Below are positions 9,069 to 17,997 of a stretch of 64,000 nucleotides of DNA, piece by piece. The notes below the pieces were generated by a model, which was not told the origin of the DNA, did no database searches, and saw nothing but the letters and a program-made list of their open reading frames with translations. The translations under genes and the position numbers were made by a program. The DNA lies in the NCBI GenBank assembly GCA_019058295.1, contig JAHPZI010000015.1, positions 1 through 64,000 of the forward strand. Direction: 5' to 3'. The DNA is from Promethearchaeota archaeon. GTDB taxonomy: Archaea; Asgardarchaeota; Lokiarchaeia; Sigyniarchaeales; SOKP01. Within the stretch, counting starts at the first letter, position 1, and every line of letters starts with the position of its first letter.

Positions 9069-10316
9069 TTATACGAAAAAGAGTAATTTTCCAAGAAAGC
9101 TCGCCAAATCAATAACTTTTATCCGATCATTTAACTTTCCAGATTCCTCATCTAAAGAGGGTTCAGTCAAGTAACAATTGAAGTGTGTTAAACATTTTGG
9201 GCAAGGAACGATTAAATATTCGGCTCCTGTATCGATAGCTTCTTTGATACGATTTTGCCTTAATATACGAGTAGATTCATTACAATTCATAAATGCTGAA
9301 ACTCCACAGCAGTTTGCATCGTCTTTGATATTTTCCATCTCAATTAATTCAACACCAGGTATTTTTTTCAATAATTCTCTTGGAGCATCATAGAGTTTTC
9401 CACCTAAACGCCCTAATCTGCATGAATCGTGATATGTCACTTTAACTTTTAATTCTTGGGGCAATCTAATATTTTCAAGGATTCTTTCTTTCAAAAAAAA
9501 TTCTGAGAAATGGAATACTTCAAAATCAAAATCTTCTATAACTTTTGGATAATCAAATTTCCAAGTTCTATATCCTTCCGCACACCCTAAGATGATTGTT
9601 TTAACCCCGGCATCTTTATATAGTTTGACATTAAATTCCGCAAGCTTTTTAAAGGTTTTAATATCTCCTTTACCCCACAGAATGTCATGACCACAACATT
9701 TTTCATTTAAAACAACAGGAGCAATCCCAGCCTCATTAAGTAGACTAATTATCGTTTTGGGGATACTTATATAATCTATATCCAATTTATAAAAAATATC
9801 CCCCATTAGAGGGATACACCCAATAAAATAAGCAATTTCACCCGAATCTTTTATTTTTAATATAGTACCTTCCAAAAATTCCAATTTATTTGGTTGTATT
9901 TGATCATCAGCCATAATTCTTGAAATTAATGGAAAAACCTCATCATGAGTTTCACATTGAGCAATCTTTTCTAATTCAGATTCGTCTTTCTTTATTGATT
10001 TTCTTAGTTCTAATACTAATTCAGGAATTCTTACACCAACATCATCATGAGTCATTGGACAGTAAATAGTGCATTGACCACATGTAAGGCAATTCCAAAT
10101 ATTATTATTTTGTAAAGTCTCTTCTAATGGCAAATAGCTTAAATCTATTATCAAATTTCTTGGATAAAATAAATCAACAAGAGATAATGGACAAACATTT
10201 ACACAACGATTACAGCTATAACAATAATTTGCATTAGCAACTATTTTTTTAATAGCTTCACTCGAAACGATATTATTTTCCTTCTTCCTTCCTTCTTTCT
10301 CTTTAGATTCAGTCAC
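9069..10316 (-). CDS. HdrD/BamD-like Fe-S oxidoreductase (HdrC-type ferredoxin + two CCG domains)
   Basis: CYSCNRCVNVCP, WNCLTCGQCTIYCP, YFIGC..EKCCG..GC, TYHDSC..NCCG..PCPKC. Confidence 0.9.
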   Translation of the reverse strand: MTESKEKEGRKKENNIVSSEAIKKIVANANYCYSCNRCVNVCPLSLVDLFYPRNLIIDLSYLPLEETLQNNNIWNCLTCGQCTIYCPMTHDDVGVRIPELVLELRKSIKKDESELEKIAQCETHDEVFPLISRIMADDQIQPNKLEFLEGTILKIKDSGEIAYFIGCIPLMGDIFYKLDIDYISIPKTIISLLNEAGIAPVVLNEKCCGHDILWGKGDIKTFKKLAEFNVKLYKDAGVKTIILGCAEGYRTWKFDYPKVIEDFDFEVFHFSEFFLKERILENIRLPQELKVKVTYHDSCRLGRLGGKLYDAPRELLKKIPGVELIEMENIKDDANCCGVSAFMNCNESTRILRQNRIKEAIDTGAEYLIVPCPKCLTHFNCYLTEPSLDEESGKLNDRIKVIDLASFLGKLLFFV

Positions 10317-10482
10317 TTTTTTAGATGATAGTTCTTAAACTAAATAAATTTAATTAATAACAAATTTTATATACTTTTATTTTAGAAATAAGTATTATAA
10401 TATAAAAAACATAAAATTATTTATAAAAGAAATAAAATCTAACAAATTTGAACTTGGATTTAAAATTAAGGAGATTAATTAT

Positions 10483-11202
10483 ATGGGACTTTATCAAATG
10501 GATATGGCAAGATTTCTTCAAGTTTATGTTGCTCAAGGATTAATTTGTGTATTTTTTTTAATTTTGGCATATTTAATTCTCAAACGGGGTAAACAACGTT
10601 TAAATTTAATGCTAAGTGGTTCATTTATAACAATTGCGGTCGGATTATCTTTAAATTTTATATACGCCCCTATAACACATCCACAGTTAGAATTAATTGT
10701 GCTAATATTATATTATTTGACGATTTTTTTCATATTTCTTTACCCAGCGTTTCTTTTATGTTTTGTGTTAATCTTGCTAAAGTCAGAAAAAATCATTACG
10801 ACTTCAAAACAAAGTATAATTATTATAGGCTATGCTGTAATATTATCTTGTATGGTATTTATTCCAAATGGGGTTGTTATTAATGCCAGTACTAATTGGA
10901 AGCCTGTGTGGAGCTGGTTTTACTTTGCTTATGTAATGGTGGTTGTTACTCTCGGATTTATCCCCTCTTATTATATTTCATTTAAAATTTATAAACTATT
11001 TGAAGACGAGCAAATAAAGGAGAAATGGAGATATTTCCTAATCGGATTAATCGGGCTTTATATCTTTGCTTCCGGAACTTTATTATCTAATACGTTAAAC
11101 ATTCAAGCTATTAGAAACATTTGGAGTGTTATCTCGTTTGCATTGGTGATTATTTCACCATACGCCGTCTATAAAGGCGTAGGGAAACAGATTGGAGATT
11201 AA
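10483..11202 (+). CDS. Uncharacterised 7TM membrane protein (HisKA_7TM-like, no output domain)
   Basis: Seven hydrophobic segments; basic residues after TM1, TM3 and TM5; paralog of the next gene. Confidence 0.8.
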   Translation: MGLYQMDMARFLQVYVAQGLICVFFLILAYLILKRGKQRLNLMLSGSFITIAVGLSLNFIYAPITHPQLELIVLILYYLTIFFIFLYPAFLLCFVLILLKSEKIITTSKQSIIIIGYAVILSCMVFIPNGVVINASTNWKPVWSWFYFAYVMVVVTLGFIPSYYISFKIYKLFEDEQIKEKWRYFLIGLIGLYIFASGTLLSNTLNIQAIRNIWSVISFALVIISPYAVYKGVGKQIGD

Positions 11203-11210
11203 TATTACTA

Positions 11211-11226
11211 TTTTTTTTTTTATTTT
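11211..11226 (+). terminator. Oligo-T archaeal terminator candidate
   Basis: T11 run 8 nt after the stop codon. Confidence 0.5.
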
Positions 11227-11389
11227 AGAAAAATTTTATTTAGCAAGGAAAGAAGATCAATACCATTTTTGACCAAAATTAGATTAACTTATCTTTAATT
11301 CATGCTTATTTTTTAGAGAAAAATTTATAACAAGATAGTTCTTTTTGTTTATTTAAAAAAGATATAATTATTAAAAAGGGATAAGATTT

Positions 11390-12097
11390 ATGGTACTTTA
11401 TGATTTTGATATTCCTCGGATTATTCAAGTTTACATCGTTCAATTAGGCATGGGAATTTTTTATTTTTTCATTGGTTTGAAGATTCTTAAAAGAGATACC
11501 AAACGGTTAAATCAGCTTTTTGCTACATTTTACATATTATCTGCTTCTGCAACCATAATAAATGTGATTTACGCTTCGATTTTTATCAATCCGGCGGTAA
11601 AAATATTGCATTTTTTAACATACTTTTTGTTCTGCTTCGCTATAGTTTATTTGTTGATTTTTAATCTAATTATCTTAAAATCAGAGAAATTATTTACCAT
11701 TAAAAAGCATAACATTATTGCTGGAACTTACGCTGTTTCATTACTTGTTTTAATTCTTATCCCGGGGGGAATTACAATTAACAAATCAACAGATTGGAAA
11801 CCAGTTTGGTCTCTACCATTTTTAATTTATGCACTAATAGTTATAAGTTGTGCAATTATCCCAACAACCTATTTTTCAATACAAATCTATAGAGAACTTG
11901 AGGATAAAATTGTGAAAAAAAAATGGACTTTTTATATCTTAGCAACTTTAATATATTTTGCTATCCTATATGTGGCTTCTATTTCAAATTTTCTGAACGA
12001 TCCAACATTTAGATTAATTACGTCATTTGCAATGTTATCTTTATTCGCTACTGCATATTTATTATACTATGGAGTAGGGAAACAAATAGGAGAATAA
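11390..12097 (+). CDS. Uncharacterised 7TM membrane protein, tandem paralog
   Basis: Shares RxxQVY, LKSEK, INxSTxWKPVWS and YxGVGKQIG with 10483..11202. Confidence 0.8.
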   Translation: MVLYDFDIPRIIQVYIVQLGMGIFYFFIGLKILKRDTKRLNQLFATFYILSASATIINVIYASIFINPAVKILHFLTYFLFCFAIVYLLIFNLIILKSEKLFTIKKHNIIAGTYAVSLLVLILIPGGITINKSTDWKPVWSLPFLIYALIVISCAIIPTTYFSIQIYRELEDKIVKKKWTFYILATLIYFAILYVASISNFLNDPTFRLITSFAMLSLFATAYLLYYGVGKQIGE

Positions 12098-12204
12098 AAT
12101 TCTTGGTTTTTTTTTTCTTTTATCTTAAATTTTATTTTTACTAATAAACATAGTTACATATTACAATTACTTTTTAGTTCTGTTTCTAAAAATAATAGTA
12201 TAAG

Positions 12205-12552
12205 ATGTCGGATGAACTCGTTCGCATTTGGGGAATAGGACCAGTGGCAGCCTCAAGACTAATTAAGGCGGGGATTACAACTATTGATCAGTTGGCTGCT
12301 GCGCAACCCACGGAATTGGCGTTTGTTAAAGGAATAGGGATTCCATCCGCTAAAAAAATAATCGCTAACGCCAAGCATTTAATGACCCTTGAGAGAGGCC
12401 TCACGATTGTATTAGACCATATCAAAGCTAACTTCGTGCAAAATTGTCCTAAGTGTGGAGGAGGTATGGAGGAGAAATACATAATATTAGGCCCTGAACG
12501 AAGAATATCCGCTTATCAATGCAAATTATGCAAATTCTACTTGCCTCGCTAA
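12205..12552 (+). CDS. Helix-hairpin-helix (RadA/Rad51 N-domain-like) protein with C-terminal zinc ribbon
   Basis: IWGIGPVAASRLIKAGITTIDQLA..VKGIG..AKKII, then CPKCGG..YQCKLC. Confidence 0.75.
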   Translation: MSDELVRIWGIGPVAASRLIKAGITTIDQLAAAQPTELAFVKGIGIPSAKKIIANAKHLMTLERGLTIVLDHIKANFVQNCPKCGGGMEEKYIILGPERRISAYQCKLCKFYLPR

Positions 12553-12569
12553 AAGATCACGCTTTATTT

Positions 12570-13532
12570 TCACATTGTAGTCCAAACTTGGAATAAAACT
12601 ATAAATGAAATAGCATAAAGTGCCAAAAAAATCGCTCCTGCTTTTTTATCTACTTTTTGTCTCCAACAAACAAGAGCAATTACTATGAAACTAGCAAACA
12701 TTGTGTATAAGATAGCAGGCATAGCTAACTCGGCAGATACAGGTTGTGGAAAAAAGATTTGTCCTATTCCAATACTTAAAGTACAATCAACAATACAAGA
12801 TCCAATTATATCTCCAATGGCCATATTATAATGCTTTCTCTTTAGAGCTGTGATATCAACTGCCAATTCAGGGAGAGAGGTTGCAAAACTGAGAAAAACA
12901 AAACTGATAATAAACTCTTGGACTCCCAATTCCATAGATATTGTTATTACAGAGAGAACTATCATAAAAGAACTAATAGCGATTCCGGCAAAACCTAAAG
13001 CTGCTAATGTTGCGTGATATTTCTTACTTCTATCTGTTTTTGTTATTACTAAATCTATACACTCAATAATACTATCTTTAGTTACGTTATAAATAATAAT
13101 TGAATAAAATACTAAACTAACTACTACGAATATTGCGTCTAATCTTGTAAAATAACCTTTAGATATTATCGCATAAATTACAAAAAGAGCTATTAATAGG
13201 CATGCCCCAAGTACAATAAATTCTTGCCTTCTTACCTTAAAGGATCCACATACCATTGGTAGAAGCCCAAAAACTAAAGTAATTTGTGCCAAACTTGAAC
13301 CAATAGAATCTCCCACATCAATATCAGCATGACCCATGGAGCTCGAGATAATTGAGTTAAAAATCTCTGAGATATCAGTACCAATAGCGACAAGAGTCAC
13401 TCCTATAACCAAATTAGATATTCCTAATTGAGCCGCTAATGTAGCAGAATGTTTAACTGCAATATCACTGGAGTATACAATAATAATGACTCCTAAAATA
13501 AAAATAAATATAGATAGGGTGATTACAAACAT
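12570..13532 (-). CDS. Ca2+/cation antiporter (CaCA, YrbG/NCX_Mj-like)
   Basis: About 10 TM segments; alpha repeats GVTLVAIGTDISE..GDSIGS and ATSLPE..GDIIGS. Confidence 0.88.
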   Translation of the reverse strand: MFVITLSIFIFILGVIIIVYSSDIAVKHSATLAAQLGISNLVIGVTLVAIGTDISEIFNSIISSSMGHADIDVGDSIGSSLAQITLVFGLLPMVCGSFKVRRQEFIVLGACLLIALFVIYAIISKGYFTRLDAIFVVVSLVFYSIIIYNVTKDSIIECIDLVITKTDRSKKYHATLAALGFAGIAISSFMIVLSVITISMELGVQEFIISFVFLSFATSLPELAVDITALKRKHYNMAIGDIIGSCIVDCTLSIGIGQIFFPQPVSAELAMPAILYTMFASFIVIALVCWRQKVDKKAGAIFLALYAISFIVLFQVWTTM

Positions 13533-13759
13533 CGTATTATAAAATCCTCTTCAAAAAGATTTCTATCCTTTATTTTTTAATGCTTTTAAATTAGAACTAT
13601 ATTAATTGTACTAATTTCATTATGATATAGATGTGGCTCTCTTAAGATTATTACATCATCTTATGAATTAATTACTAAATATCCTCATTAAAAATATTGT
13701 ATCTCCATCTATTTCATTGGATTAAAAATATTTAAATGTTGACTTTCTTAGGATTAAAA

Positions 13760-14515
13760 TTATTTTTTTATCCTTTTTATTAATTCTGTAAAAATTTCTC
13801 CAGCTTTGCCCATTAAAAAAACATCAGCCAGATTATCCATCATTGTATTTTCCCTATTAACGAATATTACATAAGCTCCGTGATTTTTAGCGATGGTAGG
13901 CATAAAATTAGCGGGAGATATAACTAATGAACTTCCAACCATTAAAAAACAATCACAATCTCTACAAGCATTCATAGCGCCGTCAAGAACACTTGTAGGT
14001 AGAGATTCTCCAAACAACACTACTTTAGGTTTTATATACCCTGAACACTCACACACAGGATATTCGACACTTTTTGTATCCACATCGTCATAGGCAAATT
14101 CATTCCCACATTTAACACAATGTAATATTCCATAAGCCCCGTGTAACTCATATATTTTTGCGCCATAGGATCCGCTTCCTGATTTTTGATGAAGCATGTC
14201 AATATTTTGAGTAATTATTGCTTTTACCTTTCCTATTCTTTCCAATTCTGCGATAGCTTTATGAGCATAACTGGGTTCAGCATCGGCAACAATGCCTTCT
14301 AATTCTTTATGCATTTGCCAAAATTTTGAGGGATCTTGCAGGAAATATTGATAACTTGCATAGATTGAAGGGTCATAACGGCTCCAAAGCCCTCCTTCAC
14401 TTCGAAAATCTTCAATTCCCGATTCTGTAGAAATTCCTGCTCCTGAAAATGCTACGATATGATTTGACTCTTTTATAATGTCTGCTGCTTTTGATATCTT
14501 TTCTATCTCAATCAT
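13760..14515 (-). CDS. cobB: Sir2-family NAD-dependent protein deacylase
   Basis: GAGISTESGIEDFR, TQNID, HG, CxxC..CxC, KPKVVLFGE, GSSL. Confidence 0.95.
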   Translation of the reverse strand: MIEIEKISKAADIIKESNHIVAFSGAGISTESGIEDFRSEGGLWSRYDPSIYASYQYFLQDPSKFWQMHKELEGIVADAEPSYAHKAIAELERIGKVKAIITQNIDMLHQKSGSGSYGAKIYELHGAYGILHCVKCGNEFAYDDVDTKSVEYPVCECSGYIKPKVVLFGESLPTSVLDGAMNACRDCDCFLMVGSSLVISPANFMPTIAKNHGAYVIFVNRENTMMDNLADVFLMGKAGEIFTELIKRIKK

Positions 14516-14684
14516 TAATAAAAAAAAGATTTTTTACTTATTCAATCTTCTGACAGATATTTAGTTCCTCATTATTCCGAGCATTAAAAAAATTAAAAAA
14601 TGAGATCTATTCTTTATTGGTCATACTTAAATGTTTACTAATAATAATAAAAAATATAGATAATAATTCAGAAAGTGAAAAATA

Positions 14685-16334
14685 ATGTTTAGCTTAAATC
14701 CACATAAGAATAAAGTATTAGGTATAACTTTTGTCCTTGTCTTGTGCCTCACGGTATTAACAGTATCATCCATCTCAACACCTTTTTCTGTTGATGTCGC
14801 TGCTGGATCCAAGGAAGCAGACTCCTTAAGCACTCCATATTGTAATGGAGCGCCCTGTGGTTGGGCGTGGATGTCAGGGAATAAAACCGCAATTGAATAT
14901 GGCGTATATGGCACGAAGGGAGTTCCTGATGTGGCGAATTATCCAGGAGCTAGATGTAAGTCTCTTTCTTGGACGGATACGAATGGAAGTTTATGGTTAT
15001 TCGGAGGTGGTGGTTTTGCCGAATCAGATTTCGGGTATTTGAATGACCTCTGGAGATTTAACATCACCTCAAAGGAGTGGGTGTGGATATCAGGAAATAA
15101 AAACGCTGGTGAACATGGTATATATGGCACGAAGGGAGTTCCTGATATGGCGAATTATCCGGGAGCTAGAAGTGAATCTGTTTCTTGGAATGATACGGAC
15201 GGAAATTTATGGTTATTCGGAGGAGTTGGTTTTGCCGAATTAGGTGGTATAGGATTTTTGAATGACCTCTGGAGATTTAACATCACCTCAAAGGAGTGGG
15301 TGTGGATGTCAGGAAATAAAACCATACAGGAATTTGGCGTATATGGCACGAAGGGAGTTCCTGATGTGGCGAATTATCCGGGAGCTAGAATTGATTCTGT
15401 TTCTTGGGCGGATACGGACGGAAATTTTTGGTTATTCGGAGGAGGTGGTTATGCTGAATTAGATAGTGGGGCTTTGAATGATCTCTGGAGATTTAACATC
15501 ACCTCAAAGGAGTGGGCGTGGATGTCAGGGAATAAAACCGCAGATGAAAATGGCGTATATGGCACGAAGGGAATTCCTGATATAGCGAATTATCCAGGAG
15601 CTAGAGCCTTTCTTGTTTCTTGGACGGATTTGGATGGAGATTTATGGCTATTCGGAGGACAAGGTTATGCCGAATCAGGTGGTACTGGGCAGCTGAATGA
15701 CCTCTGGAGATTTAACATCACCTCGAAGGAGTGGGCGTGGATGTCAGGGAAAAACATCTTAGATCAAAATGGCAAATATGGCACGAAGGGAGTTCCTGAT
15801 ATGAAAAATTATCCAGGAGCTAGACACAATCCTGTTTCTTGGACAGATACGAACGGAAGTTTATGGTTATTTGGAGGTGATGGTTATCCCGAATCAGGTA
15901 ATTTAGGGTGGTTGAATGACCTCTGGAGATTTAACATCACCTCAAAGGAGTGGGCGTGGATGTCAGGGGATAAAACCAGAAATGAATATGGTGTATATGG
16001 CACAAAGGGAGTTCCTGATTGCGCGAATTATCCGGGAGCTAGAGAGTCTTCTGTTTCTTGGACAGATACGAACGGAAGTTTATGGTTATTCGGAGGTAAT
16101 GGTTATCCCGAATCTGGTCTTGATGGGTATTTGAATGACCTCTGGAGATTTAAACCTGGCTGTATTGAAGAATCGCAACCAGGTGGGCAAATTCCAAGCA
16201 TAGATGATGACGACGATGATGATGGCGAACAAGCAATACCAGTCGGTAATTTTTATCTATTATTTATCGTGGTTGGAATCGTAGGCGGAGTAATGTATTA
16301 CAAAAAGAAGCATTCCATCATGAAGGATCGATAA
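14685..16334 (+). CDS. Secreted six-bladed Kelch-type beta-propeller with Loki-CTERM-like membrane anchor
   Basis: N-terminal signal peptide; six PGAR..LWLFGG..LNDLWRF..W units; D-rich linker; IPVGNFY + TM + KKK tail. Confidence 0.88.
   Translation: MFSLNPHKNKVLGITFVLVLCLTVLTVSSISTPFSVDVAAGSKEADSLSTPYCNGAPCGWAWMSGNKTAIEYGVYGTKGVPDVANYPGARCKSLSWTDTNGSLWLFGGGGFAESDFGYLNDLWRFNITSKEWVWISGNKNAGEHGIYGTKGVPDMANYPGARSESVSWNDTDGNLWLFGGVGFAELGGIGFLNDLWRFNITSKEWVWMSGNKTIQEFGVYGTKGVPDVANYPGARIDSVSWADTDGNFWLFGGGGYAELDSGALNDLWRFNITSKEWAWMSGNKTADENGVYGTKGIPDIANYPGARAFLVSWTDLDGDLWLFGGQGYAESGGTGQLNDLWRFNITSKEWAWMSGKNILDQNGKYGTKGVPDMKNYPGARHNPVSWTDTNGSLWLFGGDGYPESGNLGWLNDLWRFNITSKEWAWMSGDKTRNEYGVYGTKGVPDCANYPGARESSVSWTDTNGSLWLFGGNGYPESGLDGYLNDLWRFKPGCIEESQPGGQIPSIDDDDDDDGEQAIPVGNFYLLFIVVGIVGGVMYYKKKHSIMKDR
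14862..16153 (+). repeat. Six tandem intragenic repeats of 216-219 bp
   Basis: Anchor gaatga(c/t)ctctggagatttaa at 15041, 15260, 15476, 15695, 15914 and 16133. Confidence 0.95.
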
Positions 16335-16342
16335 TCGAAATC

Positions 16343-16361
16343 TTTTTTTTTTTTACTTTTT
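16343..16361 (+). terminator. Oligo-T terminator candidate
   Basis: T12 run just after the Kelch gene stop codon. Confidence 0.5.
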
Positions 16362-16436
16362 AAATTCCCCACATTGAAATATCGTTTTCTGTCATTTGAA
16401 AATTGTAGATAGGTTCTGCATTCTCCCTTAACTTAT

Positions 16437-17840
16437 CTACTCAATCTTTTGACAGATATTATCAATTTTTTGTATAGTTTCATCAACAATTTCGTCCGTG
16501 TGTAGAATGCAAGTGTAGAACCTGCTTCCTGCTACAGATATGATTTCTTGATCCACTAATGCAGCTCCCATCTCGCCCATAAAGTCCTTTCGTACAGGAA
16601 TTTGGCCTACTTGAGTGTTGTCATCCAAATCTAATCCAAATACGCAACTGGTGTGAAAGTGTACGGTACCACCATAGTTATAGGAGAACCATGGTAACTC
16701 GTATTTCTCAAAAACTTCGTTTAAACCTATAGCTAATCGATTTGCAGCATGACCAGCTTTTTGAGTTGCATTAGTTTCTTCAACAAACTTAATAGCGTGA
16801 TATGCTGCCGCACATGTTAAGGGGTTTGCCGCTATAGTTCCACCAGTATAAGCTCTTTTTCCACCACTAACTCCAGCAGCACATAGACTCATTACATCAG
16901 CTCTACCTCCTATAGCAGCCGCAGAGGGGAAACCATGGCCAACAATTTTTCCAAACACAGAAATATCTGGTTTATAACCGAAATAAGCTTGACCTCCGCC
17001 CATATGCAATCTAAAAGCACATACAACCTCATCAGAAATCATTAATGTCCCATTCTCGTGACATAATTCCTCAACTTCTTTATTAAACTCAGGTCTAACT
17101 GGATTAGCTCCAGATTCCCCTCCCATTGGCTCTACTATTACAGCTGCGACCTTTCTTTTTTCTTTAAACATTTCTCTTAATGCTTCAATATCGTTTGGAG
17201 GGACAGATTCAGTAAATTTTAACACGGGTTTTGGAATTCCGTGAGATTCCAGCATTTTTGTTCCCGGAACGTGCATATCATAGACGAGCTGATCGCTCCA
17301 TCCATGGTAGCTCCCCCCAATTTTAATGATCCATTTACGATTTGTGAAAGTTCTTGCTATTCTAATTGCTAGCATATCAGCCTCTGTACCTGATTGTAGC
17401 CATCTGACTATCTCACATGATGGAAAATGTTTCTGTAATTGTTCTGCTGCGAGATACTCGTATTCATGAGTGATTCCATGACAAGGACCAATTTCCTTAA
17501 TTACGTCAGTGACTTTATCAATCAACGGTTTATATTGATGCCCTAAAATAATGGGTCCTCCACACATAAGGTAATCTAAAAGCTTAACATCGTCTATAGT
17601 TTCCATCCAACAACCGTAAACTTTCTTACTCTCTAAAGGAAAAGGAAAATTAAAAGCAAGATTGTGCTCAACTCCACCAGGAATAATTTTGCGCGCTCTA
17701 TAATAAGCATCTTTAGATTTAGGGTGGTTTTTATGATATCGTTCTATTATTCCTTTTAACTCTTCAGGTTTAAACTTTCTCATTGGAGAACTAACGATAT
17801 TTTTAATTTTCGCAATTTGATCTTCATATTTCATACTCAA
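16437..17840 (-). CDS. Class III PLP aminotransferase (GSA-aminomutase-like, substrate unknown)
   Basis: GPIILGH, SGTEA, YHGWSD, IVEP, DEVV, FGK (PLP lysine), GGT..NP. Confidence 0.85.
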   Translation of the reverse strand: MSMKYEDQIAKIKNIVSSPMRKFKPEELKGIIERYHKNHPKSKDAYYRARKIIPGGVEHNLAFNFPFPLESKKVYGCWMETIDDVKLLDYLMCGGPIILGHQYKPLIDKVTDVIKEIGPCHGITHEYEYLAAEQLQKHFPSCEIVRWLQSGTEADMLAIRIARTFTNRKWIIKIGGSYHGWSDQLVYDMHVPGTKMLESHGIPKPVLKFTESVPPNDIEALREMFKEKRKVAAVIVEPMGGESGANPVRPEFNKEVEELCHENGTLMISDEVVCAFRLHMGGGQAYFGYKPDISVFGKIVGHGFPSAAAIGGRADVMSLCAAGVSGGKRAYTGGTIAANPLTCAAAYHAIKFVEETNATQKAGHAANRLAIGLNEVFEKYELPWFSYNYGGTVHFHTSCVFGLDLDDNTQVGQIPVRKDFMGEMGAALVDQEIISVAGSRFYTCILHTDEIVDETIQKIDNICQKIE

Positions 17841-17997
17841 TTTTACTCAACAACCCTTATATGGCTATTTTAACATATTTAATTTAAATTTAAATTATAA
17901 TAATAAAGAAATAAAATCATGAAAAAATAAGGTTTTGGTTTAAAAAAATAAATAATATTTACAAACATTCAAAAAAAGATCTAAATTAGTATTATTT

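Noticed and set aside
10483-12097. Microbial rhodopsins
   Set aside because: No retinal-binding Lys motif within TM7 and no RYxDW-type TM3 motif.
14862-16153. CRISPR array or DGR template/variable repeats
   Set aside because: Units are in-frame 72-73-codon protein repeats; there is no cas or reverse transcriptase gene in the window, and variation is not adenine-specific.
16437-17840. hemL assignment
   Set aside because: Family motifs fit, but it has an N-terminal extension, divergent substrate motifs and no tetrapyrrole gene context.
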